Shown here piece by piece: positions 10,228-23,245 of a stretch of DNA of 64,000 nt. Source of the DNA: Amphiscolops sp. MND2022. Its lineage: Eukaryota. The translations under genes were made by a program, and so were the position numbers. Under the pieces are notes generated by a model that ran no database searches, was not told the origin of the DNA, and saw only the letters and a list, made by a program, of their open reading frames with translations. Within the stretch, counting starts at the first letter, position 1. Every line of letters begins with the position of its first letter. The stretch lies in NCBI GenBank assembly GCA_964187785.1, contig OZ076409.1, forward strand, positions 48,982,001-49,046,000, written 5' to 3'.

Positions 10228-13200
10228 CTAATTCGTTACGTTTACTTTGTTGGTCTTTCTCAGAGAGTTTCTGGCTGTTGTAATCTCATGAATAAGGAAG
10301 TCAAGATATTTTTTCGGTGTAGGGTTTTCGCGTAACCTGTACCTACTTTGATTGTTTCTAGAAGGTCTAGAACTCATCCTTTCCTCATCTTCATTTTGCG
10401 TGTTTGTCTGTTGTGACTGATTTTCGTGTTGTTCGTCTCTCAGAGGTACTCTTATCCTACTTTCATCGCGGGGGGGCGGTAGAATAATTTCCTCCTGCGT
10501 CCCAAATCTAACTGTAGGTGGTCTAAAGTTGTTGTGGTCAGTTTCTACTTGCTGGTAATCTGTTCTCGTGGTTATTTCTGGTGGAATTACTTGTGGACTG
10601 TGTTGTTCTTGTACCTGCGGAATTATTTCTTCTGAAGGCTCTTCTTCGACTAAGTCTTGATCTAGATTGTCATTCTCATTCTGATCTACTTCGTCGGTCG
10701 TCGGAATATTCGAGTCGAAAATGTCCGTGTCTTCAACCCTTTCAGTGTCTGGGTAGAGATGTTTGGACACGTTGATGTCATCAATCGGAAATTCCGGTTT
10801 GAACAATCTCAGTCGCATGCGATGTACGCACTGAGTTTGGTGTGTGCCTACTTTGCGGATGATGTAGTTGCTATCGGATAGCACTTTCATCACCTTGTAC
10901 GGTCCTTTCCAGTGGAAAGTTTTAAACTCTTCTTTGCTTCTCTGAGAGTCGTACTTAGGATCTAGTAGGAACACAAATTCATTCACCTTCAGTGGCTGTG
11001 CTCGTGCTTTTCTATCATAGTACGTTTTGTACTTATGATAGGCGGAAATGATGTTATCTAGATTGTCTCTGAAGATGAAGTTCATTTTGTCTAGAATTTC
11101 GTTCACGTCCTTGCACTTTGTTTCAGCCGGTTTGTTTGCGTTTCGGAATTGCAGATCTAGTGGGTTGTATGGTGTTCTTCCGTGGAAAATTTCAGTTGGT
11201 GAACATCTCAGTGAATCATGATGCGTTGTGTTATGGGCCATGATTGCTATGTCGACATAGCGGTCCCATTGTGGTCTGTCTGCGTTTACACTAATTTTAA
11301 GGATCTTTTTCAGTTTCGCGTGCGTTCTCTCCACCATGCCTATTGTCTGCGCGTGCTTTATCGTGGCATGGGAGATGTGAATATCAGCCGCTTTCGCGAT
11401 TTCAGACAGAAGTTCAGCCGTAAACGCCGTGCCCTTGTCCGTCAGAATGTGCTTGGGCACATACGCGTGTTTCGTGAAGATCGACAGTAATCCTCTGACT
11501 ACGGAATGTGTATCAGGTCTCTTCAGCGGAACGGCGAACAGGTAGCGTGAAAAAACGTCAACAGCCGTCAGAATGTGTGTAAAACCGTTCGACGCCGGGA
11601 GTGGACCAACGATGTCTATTTCCAACAGGTCTTCTGGTCCGTCGCACGGGTCGTAGATTTTTTGTAACGGTGGACGTAGTTGCGTTTCTTTTACACTTTT
11701 AGACTTCATGCAGTTTTCACATCCGTCAGAGACTTTTTGAACTTTACAGGCTAAGTTAGGAGAGTAATATCTTTTACGAAGTTCATACAACATTTTCTTT
11801 AAACCAGGGTGTCCTTGTACCGGGCTGTTATGTAGAGTCCTAATTATTTTCAAAATACAGTCTTCAGGAACGACTAACTGCTTGTGAGACTCTAGTCCCG
11901 TGTGATCAAAAAACTGTCTGTACAAGACACCGTTTACAACTTGTAGGCGTTTTCGATTTTTGTACAACTTTTGAAAAAACTGATCTTGCATATTAACTGG
12001 GTGTTGCAAAATTTCAGTACCTTCTAAAAATCTAATCATTTTTTGGATAACCCAGTTATTTTTCTGGACCTGAATTAGATCGATCCCCTCGGCGGGGCTA
12101 ACCTGACTCATTACCGGGTGTGATAATGATACTTTACGGATGAATTGCGAGAGTTGAATCGGCTCGTCCACGTCTGTGAGGCGGTACGTCAGATGGTTGT
12201 CAGTCGCGAAGTCATCTGAGGCCGCTGTTCTCTCACAGTTGGTGAACTTCATCCCTTTCCCATCGTCATGAGCCACGTCAGTGCCAGTTGCCAATTTCAT
12301 CTCTTTGACATCCTTCTGGCGTTTGCATCTGAGTGGTTCGCTCGCGGGAAAGTAATCAGGCTCGTCTTCCTCCTGTTTTGGTGTACGGGAGGCGATGTCG
12401 ATCTCGATCCTGTGAATTGGAATAGTATCAGTCAATTTTAAATGTACACGGTCTTCAGGTCTAATCTCAAGCCGAGATAAGTAATCCGCTGCGGGATTTT
12501 CAACTCCTGTAACATGTGCTAATAGAAAATTGAACTGAAGGGTTTGATCGCAAAAATTCCAAAGTCAAGGCGGGATATGCTTCGCCTGGAAAAATCTAGT
12601 CAAGGCCTTATTGTCAGTCATAACAATGATGGGTTTTTTCGCACCCCACAAAATGTGGCCAAATTCATCGAAGGCAAAGTGCATAGCTAAAAACTCTTTG
12701 GCATACATTGTTAGAGACATCTGGCCGCCCTGAAATTTTTTAGAGCCAAATGCAACAGGGGCGTATGTGTGTTTGACTGACGGGTCAGCATAATCCTCAA
12801 TTAACAAAACATAGCCGGCAGCGTGTTCGCTGGCGTCACACATGATTACCAATTGTTTATCAGGTAATGGCAATTTCAGAGACACTTTTGTTGGTTTTAA
12901 CAAACTTTCATTGATTTCAAAAATAGCGTCTTTATGTTGTTGATTCAGTTTGAAAGGGACGTCCTTCTTGATCAATTCCTGTAAACAACAAGTTTTATCA
13001 GCTAGTCGGGGAATATAAGACCTGTAAAAGTTTACAAAACCAAGATAACGTTGCAACGCTTTCACTGAATTGGGGGGTTTCAACTTGGTTAGATAGTCAG
13101 TTACTCGTTTCTCAATGGGAGCAATACCGGTGCTAGAAATGGTTTTTCCCAAGTACTCAATTTGTTTTAGTCCAAATTCACATTTACTCATGCTAAGTTT

Positions 13201-15321
13201 GAGACCAGCTTTGTTCAACTGCTGAAAAACAAGTTCAAGGTTATTAATCAGTTCGTCAGGGGTGTGTGCTGCAATTCCAATGTCATCAACATATTGAGCA
13301 CATCGGTCCGCTTTGACCAAGGGGTCCAAATACTCACGGACTACACTTGTGAATGCTGACAAAGAACGGTTAAGACCTTGGGCTAGGCGTAAAAAGGCAA
13401 AAGTTCTAGAACCAAAATTAAATGATAACAGTTGGACAGACTGCTCATCGGCCATTGGAATGCAATGGTAGGCCTGGGAACAATCAAGTTTACAGAAATA
13501 CTTTTTCCCGGCCATGTGTTGGGCAGCGTCAGCAATTGTTGTTACGGGATGGTTGTGTTCACCGTAATCGTTTTTGATCAAGTGGTTTAATCTTCTCAAG
13601 TCAACTAAAATCCTCAATTTACCATTTGGTTTACGTTGGGCAAATATCGGAGATGAGTATTTGCTATGAGGCAAAGTAGTTATGATCCCGTACTCTTGCA
13701 TTAAAGCTAACTCCACGAGCAAATCGTCCTTCAAATTTGTCGGAGTCGGGAGACTTTGTGAATAAACAGGTTCTTCATGTTGAGGTGTTAACTTAACTTT
13801 AAAATCAGTGTTCATGCCAATATCAAAACGGTGTCTAGCAAAAATGGAGTTGTACTTTACCAGCAACTCCTCTACCTGTAACCGTTGAGACGGAGTAAGA
13901 AGCGAGTCGTCCCAGTTGAAGTTCTTCAGGAAGTTCATCCGTTGTTCATCGGATTGGGACGGGTCAAGCTTCTCGAGCTCTCGTAGTGCCAGAATCTCAT
14001 CATAGATTCGTCGCTCAATTGCGTTGAGTTTGTCTGGCTCACTGCACGTCTCGGGAGTTGGGTACCACTTAGTTGACTTCATTTCAGGGTTCACGAACAG
14101 TTGGTTGATCACTGCTTCCGCCTCATCTGGGTACTTGGTGATCAGGTTCAAGTGTTCGACTGGCATGGGTGTGATGTTTGCCGCTTGATGTGGTGTCGGT
14201 ATGCGAAAGTGTGCCAGAGTGGTGTTGGCATCAAGTGTGAACGTGTGGTTGTTCGGGTTGGTGACCTGGATTGTCGTCTTGCCCTCGTCTAGGTCAACCA
14301 AAGCTGGGGAAACAAGCAAACACGTCTTTCGCATGAATCCAGGTGAGCCCTCAACTGTACCAGTTGTGAGTGAGATGTCCGCGTCGCTGTGGACCTGTAT
14401 CATCTCTTGATGGAGAGGAGGGATCACTGTTCTGGTACTGGAACACAAATCAATTAAACCAGTTTTGAATCTGTTGTTCTTTTGCTGTCTAACTTGCATG
14501 GACATCATGTGATTAGGGAAGTGGACAAGGTGGTTTTTTATGTCTAAATTGACTGAGTACTTTTCAAAGAATGACATTCCAATTAAAATTGTGCCCATTG
14601 TTGGAAGGATTAGGAACGTTTCTTTAAAGACTTTTCCAGCAACGTAAAATCTAAGTAAGACTTGCTTACGTACTGGGACTAAGTTCCCGTTTGCTATTTG
14701 AATTTTGAAATTCGGAGGGGGGAGTTCTTGAAGGATGGCTTCTGGATGGGCCGTTGTTATTTTTCGCAATTCTGCTTCAGACATTGCACTTTGAATTGCG
14801 CCTGTATCTAAAAGTGCGCTGTTTTCATATTTGTCAAACTGAAGAGGGACGTAAAGCATTTTATCTTTCTTGTTTAAGTGTAAAGTGGGACTGAGAACGT
14901 GAATTTCTGTTTTAGTTGCATGTTTTTTAGCTTCTGAAACGTTAATACTACTCTGTTTTGCATGTTTTTTAATACTAAGCCGTTGGTCGATAGTTGAGTG
15001 TGAAGTTGAGTCGTCGTCTAGATGGTTGGTTTCCATCTCTTTGGAATCTTCCACCTGCCTCATGGTGTCTGGTTGCCAGTTCATCGTTTGTTCATCGTTG
15101 ATTTCAGCGAGTGGAGAAAAGCGGCTGCCGTTGAGTTGACGTGCATTTCCCATCGCTTTTTCATCGTTGGAAAGTCTTCGCTGATAGACGTCGTCAGCTT
15201 TTGGTCGTTTGTCCAGTGAAGGCTGCCATTTCTTCATTGGACGGTTGTGAGTCTGTTGTTGAGTCGTAAGTCGTTTGTCGCGCGTGTCGTTGGTAGCGGG
15301 CGGAAATCGTGGCGGAATCAA
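10228..15321 (-). pseudogene. pol: Pol of element A (protease, RT, RNase H, integrase) with one in-frame stop
   Basis: LLDTGA protease, LDCSQAY and YVDD RT motifs, CDAS RNase H, HHCC + D,D35E + GPY integrase. ORFs 12565..15321 and 10228..12435 share a frame and are split by a single TGA at 12565-12567 (KHIPP*LWNFCD). Confidence 0.93.
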
Positions 15322-16826
15322 AAACCCTGATTTATGTCTTCATCAGAGTAGCTTTCTTGGTCTTCTTCCTCGGCAACTGCTTGCATAGGATTCATCGGCT
15401 TTTGCTGTCGTTTTAAATCTTGTCGTCTAGCCTTGTTGTCGTCCTGTGAGTTCGTTGTGTATGGAATCTTTCCATATGCAGAGCTGCTTTCCTTGGGAAT
15501 GCGTCGTCTGCAGTCTCTTGCAGAGTGGCCGGTGTATCCACAAATCTGACAGACCAACTTCGGATTGTATTTCGGTTTGTCTGGGTCTGCTGCTTTCTTC
15601 ATCGGGATTGCATCTTCTTTCTTAATGCCGTTTGCTTCGTCACGTTGTCGGGCGCGACATTCCGTTTTGCGGTGACCTGTCTTTCCGCAGTAGAGGCATT
15701 GTCCCTCAAATCGTTTTCTTTCCGTGGGTTGCGTTGTCGTCGTTGTTGTTGTGGGCTTCGTCGTTGTAATCGTTGCTGGGGCTGAGGAGGTGACCGCGTT
15801 AAATGGTTGGATTGCCGTAGGTGGCGCGACGTACTGCTGGTACTGGTACTTTCTCATCAAGTATGTCTTGATTTCCTCTGGGGAGCTCTCTTCTTTGTTT
15901 GCCATGGTGAGCTCTTGTTGAATCTCGACTGGTAGTTTTCCAAACAAGAACATTTTGATTACTTTGTCGGCCTCATTGCCGAAGGCTTGTTTGGCAGTCT
16001 TCTTGAGATTTTTGAGGAAATCTCCGAATGTTTCTGTTGTGGGATCATAACGTGCTTGGTCCCACTTGTAACGGGCCACTTCCTTGAGATCCTCTTTTGC
16101 AAATTCTTTTCTGAAGAGGTCGAGTACGTCCTTTAGTGTTGTCATTGGCGTTATCTGGATGGATTGCCAGTATTCTATTGCGTCATCTCTCAAAAGGCTT
16201 TGAAAGAAGTGTAGTTTGTTCTCCTCGGTGATTTTGTTGGCAAGCGGGCTGAGGTGGTTGAGGAGAAGGTGTTCAAATTCGACGAATTTGTCTTTTTGGC
16301 CTCTGAAATTTGGCACGTGTGTCTGCAGAAGCTTCGTGTTGGTGGTGGTGTTTTTGATCCGTTGGGGGATCGTCTCGATTGCATTGAGTAGTCGTTCCTC
16401 ATTGCTTCGGGGGGTTGATTCTCCCTCTTCGTCTGAGTCGTCTTCTTGGTATCTTCTGAAGTTGGTGAAGCTGGTTGTCGGGCGGGTGGAGCGGGTTTCT
16501 GTAACTCCTGTCACCATGTCGAGCCCTACCGTGTGGGCCGGCTTTGAAGGACCTTTCGAAGTTGATGGCCGACTTTCACTCTCTGTCTTATTTATAACGG
16601 CCATCATTAAGTCCTTCAGTTGACTAAACTCATTTTGCAAGTCGTTTATTTTCCTTTCGTAACTTTCTCTTATTTCAGACAACTGAGAAGAGATGTCTGA
16701 AGTTTCGTTGCTATCAGAGTCATGGGCAGACGTCTGGGCCATGTCTGGATCAGTTGGAATAGATGTTTCAGACGAGGAACTAATAATTTTACCACTTCTG
16801 AGCTCAGTACCTTGTTCTGGATTCAT
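15318..16826 (-). CDS. gag: Gag of element A (502 aa)
   Basis: Retrotransposon gag-like core; two CCHC knuckles CLYCGKTGHRKTEC and CQICGYTGHSARDC; ends at slippery G GGT TTT. Confidence 0.93.
   Translation of the reverse strand: MNPEQGTELRSGKIISSSSETSIPTDPDMAQTSAHDSDSNETSDISSQLSEIRESYERKINDLQNEFSQLKDLMMAVINKTESESRPSTSKGPSKPAHTVGLDMVTGVTETRSTRPTTSFTNFRRYQEDDSDEEGESTPRSNEERLLNAIETIPQRIKNTTTNTKLLQTHVPNFRGQKDKFVEFEHLLLNHLSPLANKITEENKLHFFQSLLRDDAIEYWQSIQITPMTTLKDVLDLFRKEFAKEDLKEVARYKWDQARYDPTTETFGDFLKNLKKTAKQAFGNEADKVIKMFLFGKLPVEIQQELTMANKEESSPEEIKTYLMRKYQYQQYVAPPTAIQPFNAVTSSAPATITTTKPTTTTTTTQPTERKRFEGQCLYCGKTGHRKTECRARQRDEANGIKKEDAIPMKKAADPDKPKYNPKLVCQICGYTGHSARDCRRRIPKESSSAYGKIPYTTNSQDDNKARRQDLKRQQKPMNPMQAVAEEEDQESYSDEDINQGF
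15321..15327 (-). other. -1 ribosomal frameshift heptamer G GGU UUU (gag-pol, element A)
   Basis: XXXYYYZ heptamer in the gag frame just before the TGA; pol is open in the -1 frame from here. Confidence 0.75.
16505..16516 (-). other. Primer-binding site of element A (TGGTGACAGGAG)
   Basis: TGG immediately after the LTR-terminal ACA; the same 12-mer abuts the LTR in elements B and C; one mismatch from a tRNA-Leu-type PBS (TGGTGTCAGGAG). Confidence 0.85.
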
Positions 16827-18683
16827 ATAGACGAGGGAAAAGGATTATGAGTGAAGACTGGATTATCTGAGATGTTATTGCGATGTATTTTTGCTGTTCT
16901 ATTCGATTGTAATCTCTAATTCACTAAGTTTGAACAGAGATGTTTTAACGATGATTAGTATAAATAAGCAAGTCGTAAGGAAAGTAGTAGGAAATTAGCA
17001 AGGTGAATAGGAAAGTTCATCCAATTTTCATCGCAGTTGCAGATGTACCTGAGAAAGTAGTTAGCTTGCGATTTTGCAGTTTTCAGTGATGAAATAGAGA
17101 TGTATTTTCTGGGGAAATTCGACGTTGAGTATCCTACTGGATGGTAGCTAATCACAATTCGGTCTGAGTAATGTTTAATGGCGGTCCAATTTACAGCAGT
17201 TCACGTGTCTTTTCAGGCTGGTAAGACGCTAAATCTCTTACCAGCCACCTCTTATTGGCTATTGCCAGTTGGTGCTAATTGGTAAGTCACGTGACCGGTG
17301 TTGTGAACTGCCGCAAGTTGGCTGAACCACATGGTACATCTACATATGCTAATTATGATTAATCATCACTTTACAATGTCGCAATTACCTGCACGCAGCA
17401 TCATAGTTTCTATAGCAACCCAAATCATTCAAAAATGTACTAATTTCAAGTCAAACCAGAGTAAACTGTATCACAGGATGAGAAAACGATGTTTTCCAAC
17501 TAATTCTAGCACCAAAATCAATACTTCAAAACTAAAGATGGAAATGCGATGAATTTGTCAGAATATATGCTGATTTTCAAGTCTAGTTTAGCTCTGGATG
17601 AAAATGCGATGAATGGTGGTCTTTTCGCTCGAAAATCAACACTATATAAACTGACGATGATAAAAGGATGAACTCTCCATAAAATTTGCCAATTTCCAGC
17701 ACTGATTAAAATGACGATAAATTCAGGATGAATCCACTCAGAAAATGCTATTTCTAGCGCATGATCAGTTTTAGCGATGAGTTTAGGATGAACTCGTGAA
17801 TTAAAACAGCAACTATCGAAGCAATTCAAACTAGCGATGAGTTTAGAATGAACTCATCCACTAAAATGGTAATTTCTCAACACAAGGTGAAATCATGATG
17901 AATTAATGATGGATTTGCTAAACAAATCAGATAACCAGCGCAATCACTCTTTTTTAGGATGGGTTAAGGATGTACTTTCTCATTTCTCTTCTATGTTAGT
18001 ATGACGATGAATAAAGGATGTCTTACTGTCCTTAAGAAATGAGAAGCACTTTTGTGAGTTTCTACATGAAATATAACGATGAATTAGTGATGGAGTTTAA
18101 CTAAAATGAGTCCCGTAAAATCCGCTGATGGATTTATGATGAAAAGTAAAGTTTATTGTCCCATGCGTGGTTCATTCGCAATCTCGGAGATGGGATTGCG
18201 ATGAACTTTGTTAACAGCACCAGTAAATCCGCTGATGGATTTAAATGAAATCAAATCAGAATCATCACTAAATTAGACGATGAATTTGTGATGTATCTTT
18301 GATGAAATTTGTCACAACTACAAACTCTGAGGCGGGGAGCTAGTAGAAGTTATAACTTTCATCGTTTCTATATCTCGCGGTCCAGTCTGACCGGAAAACT
18401 TCTCTCCCTTGTCGTGACAAACCAATATTTAAGAAAAGTAGCATATCTAAGGCTAATGGCAAGATCATTTATGCGGACACCGGAACTAGAGCGCTCAGTA
18501 TTAAGTAGATATATATAACTCACACTCAAAGGGGGGAAGGGATTAAGGTACAAGTAACGTAGGGTTGCTCACAACCATGGCTCTTATTATATGACTTCAT
18601 ATTGCCCATATCTAAGTACATAAGACATAATATTTACATTACAGATATTTAGTAGATTATATTTCCATCATGCTGGCATGACA
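16517..18683 (-). repeat. 5' LTR of element A (2167 bp)
   Basis: TGTC...GACA inverted termini; inner edge fixed by the adjacent PBS, outer edge by loss of identity with the left copy. Confidence 0.92.
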
Positions 18684-19818
18684 TTGATACAGCGACACCA
18701 GATATCAATGCTTTTATAACTTCACCATGAAGCTCAAAAATAGAAAACTTTGGTTGTTTTGAAACAAGTTTTGAAAGAAAAGCCCTATTGTTTCATAAAC
18801 AAAAATAAGCTAGGTAGCTAGAATTTTTGCTTTTCAACTCTTTGTATCTTCATACCCACGGGGAGACGTCTCGATGTTGTAAGTAATCAGAGAAAACAGT
18901 TTGAAACATGAATTCTGAATTGATTGCTTCATTCATTGTTCCCACAAAAACCCATTGTTATTTCCCATTACAGAGGTTTGCTAAGGAGCCAAAAATTTTG
19001 TGTTTTAAATTTGGGGAATCTTATAAAAATACAACAAACTTTGTTTTGTATCCAAAATTTTATAATACGGCAAAACAGTTTAAGTTTTGCACATTTTTTT
19101 ACTTTTCACACATTTCGTCGAGAGAAAAATATTTCCTGATTGACGCTTTTCCCAATAGTTTTATCTGTTTTTGGAAAATTTGAAACTTTCGGTGATTCTG
19201 GTGTCTTTTTCGGGACCTTTTTCACAACAAACTTCAGAAATCTTTTCTCACAAGCTTGCCAATGATAGCTAATGATTTCAACGTTAAGCTCGATAAAAAC
19301 ATTTAACTGAAACAATCAGAAGCTGTGGAAAAATAAATCACAAAATATAAAAAAGGAGTTTGTAGCTTTTTCGAGGTAATTTTCATGTACTTTTTAAGCA
19401 CAAGATTGCCCGAGGTAATTTATCTTTCCCAAGTGGAAACAGGCGGAAAGTAACAAACTAGAATTGTACTATTGAATAATTTATCGTACCCATTGGCAAG
19501 TAAAACTTCCTTTTCGTTCGATCTAGACAAATTAGGTACAAACATAATGTAACGAAAAGGTAATGCTAACATGGAGGTGATACATTAAAGGACCTTCTGA
19601 GCTACTTGTCACAGAGTGCCGCCTGCGGCGGCAACATTTCTGACATCTCCGCCCCGCTACCAACCCAAGAAAAAAACTACAATCAGCACGACCTCATTGA
19701 CTTTTGCATTGACTTGACATGCAAAAAAGTTTTTTTTTGAAAATGAATACATACATTTTGTACAAGTCAATAATCTAATACTGTCAGTTGTGTAAAAGGT
19801 TTCAAAGTTTTTGAAAGT

Positions 19819-21309
19819 TGTGATAATCCTCACCTAGGCTCTCTGCGTCAGACTCTTCGTCTGAGTGTATAGTTACATCTACATCGGACTCACTTCGAAA
19901 CAAAAGCTTTGCGGGATGTTTTAAGTCTCTCATTTTTGAAGCCTTGGGAGGAAAATCCTCGTTTTCAGAATCTGGATTCTCGATATTAGATGCGCGAACT
20001 CCTATAGACTCATCTATTCTAGATCCCGATTGCTGATTTTCTTGTATTTCATTTATGTCTGATCTTGGGTTTGTCGCTGTTGATGAGCTTTTTTAGTTTT
20101 TATTTCCCTTAGAATTGCTTCTAATTTGTTATCCATTTCTTCTCGCATCTTTTCAATTCTGTCATTGCTTTTTTGTTCCATTATTTGGGTCCAAACTTGT
20201 ATCTCATTGCTAATTTGGCTAGGTTCAACCAAGCTGTTCTCAGGGTTATTTTCGCCTAAATTACTTTGAATAACTGTATCATTATTAGTTAAAGTCACAT
20301 TACCTGATATTGGTGTCTCTGCCTGAGTTCTCTCCATTTCCCTTTCTGGGGATGGAGTTTCTAGCCTTCTAGATCGTCTATTTCTTTTGTTTTCCATCCT
20401 CTCTCAATTGAAAAATGAATTGCAGTTATTGGGGAAGAATTTGAATTGATCCTTTTATTTGGCAAAACCAAATTGGAAAGAGAAAATGATAGTAAAGATG
20501 AAAGTTTACAGAAGAGAATTGTAGATTTTGAAGCGACTGCATTTTAGTAGAATTGGAAAAGTTGTGTCTCACCAAATTATCCTAGCTGTCTATAACAATC
20601 ATGACATCCCTTTTTACGGGCATCACCCTCTGGGAAACACATAAATAGAATTACATCACAATAACATCAGTCTATTTATAGTACAAAGGCCCTGGAGGAA
20701 TGACAATCAAATACGAAATGATAATGTCTAAGAAACCCTAGAAAAAGTATGGAATTACTTAAGAATGGTATTTGCATGACTAATCAACATTAAGATTCAC
20801 TACATCATCAATTTGGAGAGCAACACTGCTAAAAACGCATGTTGACTAGTATACATTATGCATCGAAACGCATAATACCGCATATAAGCACTTATGCGGA
20901 AATGACGCATTTTGACGTATAAGCACTTTCACTCGAAACGTATGTTGACGCATGAACGTACTATCTTGAAATGTATGTTACCGCACAATGATCGAGACAT
21001 ATTATTTCCAAAACAGATTGTGAATCACATATTACATAAATCTCAACTTCATGACTCATCAACTTGATTAACGAACATGAAAAACTAAATCTCAATACAA
21101 TCTAAGATGTATTAAGTCATCTAAAAGAACAAAATCAACAGAACTAACAACTCTACCCGAAATAACCTATTTACATGACATCAATAAAACAGATGAAAAA
21201 CAAACATAACATGTCATAAACTCAGTTGTGAAACTTCAAGTTACTTTCAGTCCTCATTCACCTTTTCAGCGCTGCACTCCGGCTCCCATGCAGGTACTTG
21301 GCTGCAACA
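19819..21309 (-). repeat. 3' LTR of element B
   Basis: Copy of 34076..35567; includes a frameshifted duplicate of the gag 5' end (ORF 20053..20397). Confidence 0.95.
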
Positions 21310-22669
21310 GTCCCGCATTTTTAAAGGTGAAAAGGGCTGCTTCAAAACCATCTATGAAGGCGCGGGAACGTACATTTCGATCACGTACTGTCTCGGCTTT
21401 GTAGGCTGTTGCAAGAAGGTTTTCGCCTAATATCTCAAGGGCTATCTGATCATAAGTTTTACCGCACCAATCGCAGAACCCTGCAATATTAGGCATGACT
21501 GTTGGTGATAATCGGTAAACATTTCTTTCTTCCGCTGGTAGAAATAATATATTTGTACTGTGTGTCGCCTGTACTATGAAGGCTTGTTGTATAAATGGAG
21601 GCACTGGTGGGTCGTTATGAACCGCCACAAAGTTAGGTATGACAGATGGAATTTGTATCATCAGTGGTACTGGGTTTGTTAGTTGATTTGGGTTTGTGAG
21701 GTGTGAGTTAGCAGCTGCACCAGGAGGCCTGTTATGTAGATAATCGTTCACATTATTGTGATCAGCTGTTTGAACTTCCGAGATATTGTCTCCCAGGTCG
21801 GTAAAGTTACTTATATCAGCACTAAAGCCTGGTGGGTAGTTAGGTCGTGGTCTTCGTGGTAATCCTCTGCCTCTGCCCCGTTCTCTCGGGGTAGGAAGAA
21901 TCGCCGCTGATGGCCTGCCGTAGCTGTTTAGTGGGGGTTGTTGAACCATTTCCTGGTCATCCGGAGATTCAGGTGATTCTTCAAATTCCGAACTCACGAA
22001 TGAAGATGGTGTCATTGAATGATTGCTCTGATGTTCATCAATTAGGTCAAGCAATTGTCTTTCTATTTGTGATCCGGCAGTATCTATTATTTCTGTGTCT
22101 AATTGCGACGCCGTTGACTGGGGGAAAAGAGTCATGGCGGGTGCCCCGGCGAATGCAGTCATCGCGTTTGATCCTGGAGCGCCCACTCGGAACCTTTCCT
22201 CAATTGCATTCACATTCCCGGGTTCAACAGTGAACTCATCTCCACTCTCACTAGAGATATCTATTACAGAGGGCGATGATCCAAAGGTGTCCATCAGATC
22301 GTCCAGTCTGAATTGTAGTCTGTCCATTCTCACTTCGATGTCGGGTTTGTGATGAAAGTAACTTATGTCTAGGATGGTAGTTCTATTGAGAATTATTCAG
22401 TGAAGTTTTATGTGAACAACTGGTTTTGACTCGGTTATAGACCATATGGTGATTAGTTTATGATTTCCTGGTGAAAAATAAGGAAAACCCGCGGAAAAAA
22501 TGAGTGTCATGTCAACAATATTCCACGATCCCCTTATAAGGGTTTCCTTTGCTATGAAGCAATGGGTTCCGCCATCATCAAGGTGTAAACAAGTCCTTTT
22601 AAGGTGATTCTTCAGGGTTTTCCCGCTAACAGCACCTTCTTTATTCTCTTCACGGCATTTCGTTGTCAT
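21266..22669 (-). pseudogene. Sense ORF3 of element B (467 codons, one internal TGA at 22397-22399)
   Basis: ORFs 22397..22669 and 21266..22333 are in one frame with an open linker (IILNRTTILDISYFHHKPDIE); ends 44 nt inside the 3' LTR; contains VIDISSESGDE and FCDWCG. Confidence 0.7.
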
Positions 22670-23122
22670 TTTAAATGATAAGTAAACAAATCTATTATGA
22701 CTTCAAGAAAAATTCAACGAATGACTCAGGAACTTGTCAATGAAAATTCTCAATCAATTTTACATGTAACTAAATTTCATGAGTAAAAACAATGGAAATA
22801 CAAAATGGTATAAAAGGAACGTTTATTAAAGTTTTCACCATTTTTAATGTGTTATCCTCTTCATAGTTTTGTTTAAACACAGTTCCGCATTTAAAAAGGT
22901 ATTAGGGTCTGATCATGAAACGTATATTTAAAACAGATGTGTTCCCTTTGAATGAAATGTGACGTCAAAAAGGTTTCATCAAAATCAGTTCAGTTTAATC
23001 ATCACATAGTGACGTAACTTTTGTGTATTAACGCATAATAGTATGCTATAATACGTTGTTCGTGCTTTTAACATCATCTGTCAATACTGCATCTATCTCC
23101 TGCTGCATATGTAGCGAGAAAA

Positions 23123-23245
23123 CGTAGGTTGCCGCATGCTCGTACTCACTCGATCCGTATGTTGACGAGTATGCGTCTTCACTTGATCCGTATGTTGACG
23201 AGTATGCGTCTTCACTCGATCTGCATGTTGCCGCATATCCGTCTT
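23123..23245 (+). repeat. 33-nt tandem repeat between ORF3 and the antisense gene of B
   Basis: Units like TCGATCCGTATGTTGACGAGTATGCGTCTTCAC with period 33. Confidence 0.85.

Larger units (their letters stand above)
1..18683 (-). mobile_element. Ty3/Gypsy LTR retrotransposon A (~19 kb; 3' LTR truncated by window start)
   Basis: Direct repeats 1..1746 and 16937..18683 differ by about 7 substitutions and 1 indel by eye. Minus-strand gag and pol in PR-RT-RH-IN order; PBS next to the right LTR. Confidence 0.96.

Noticed and set aside
20053..20397. Separate gene or second tandem element
   Set aside because: It is the gag 5' end duplicated as part of the 3' LTR, frameshifted by a 1-bp deletion.
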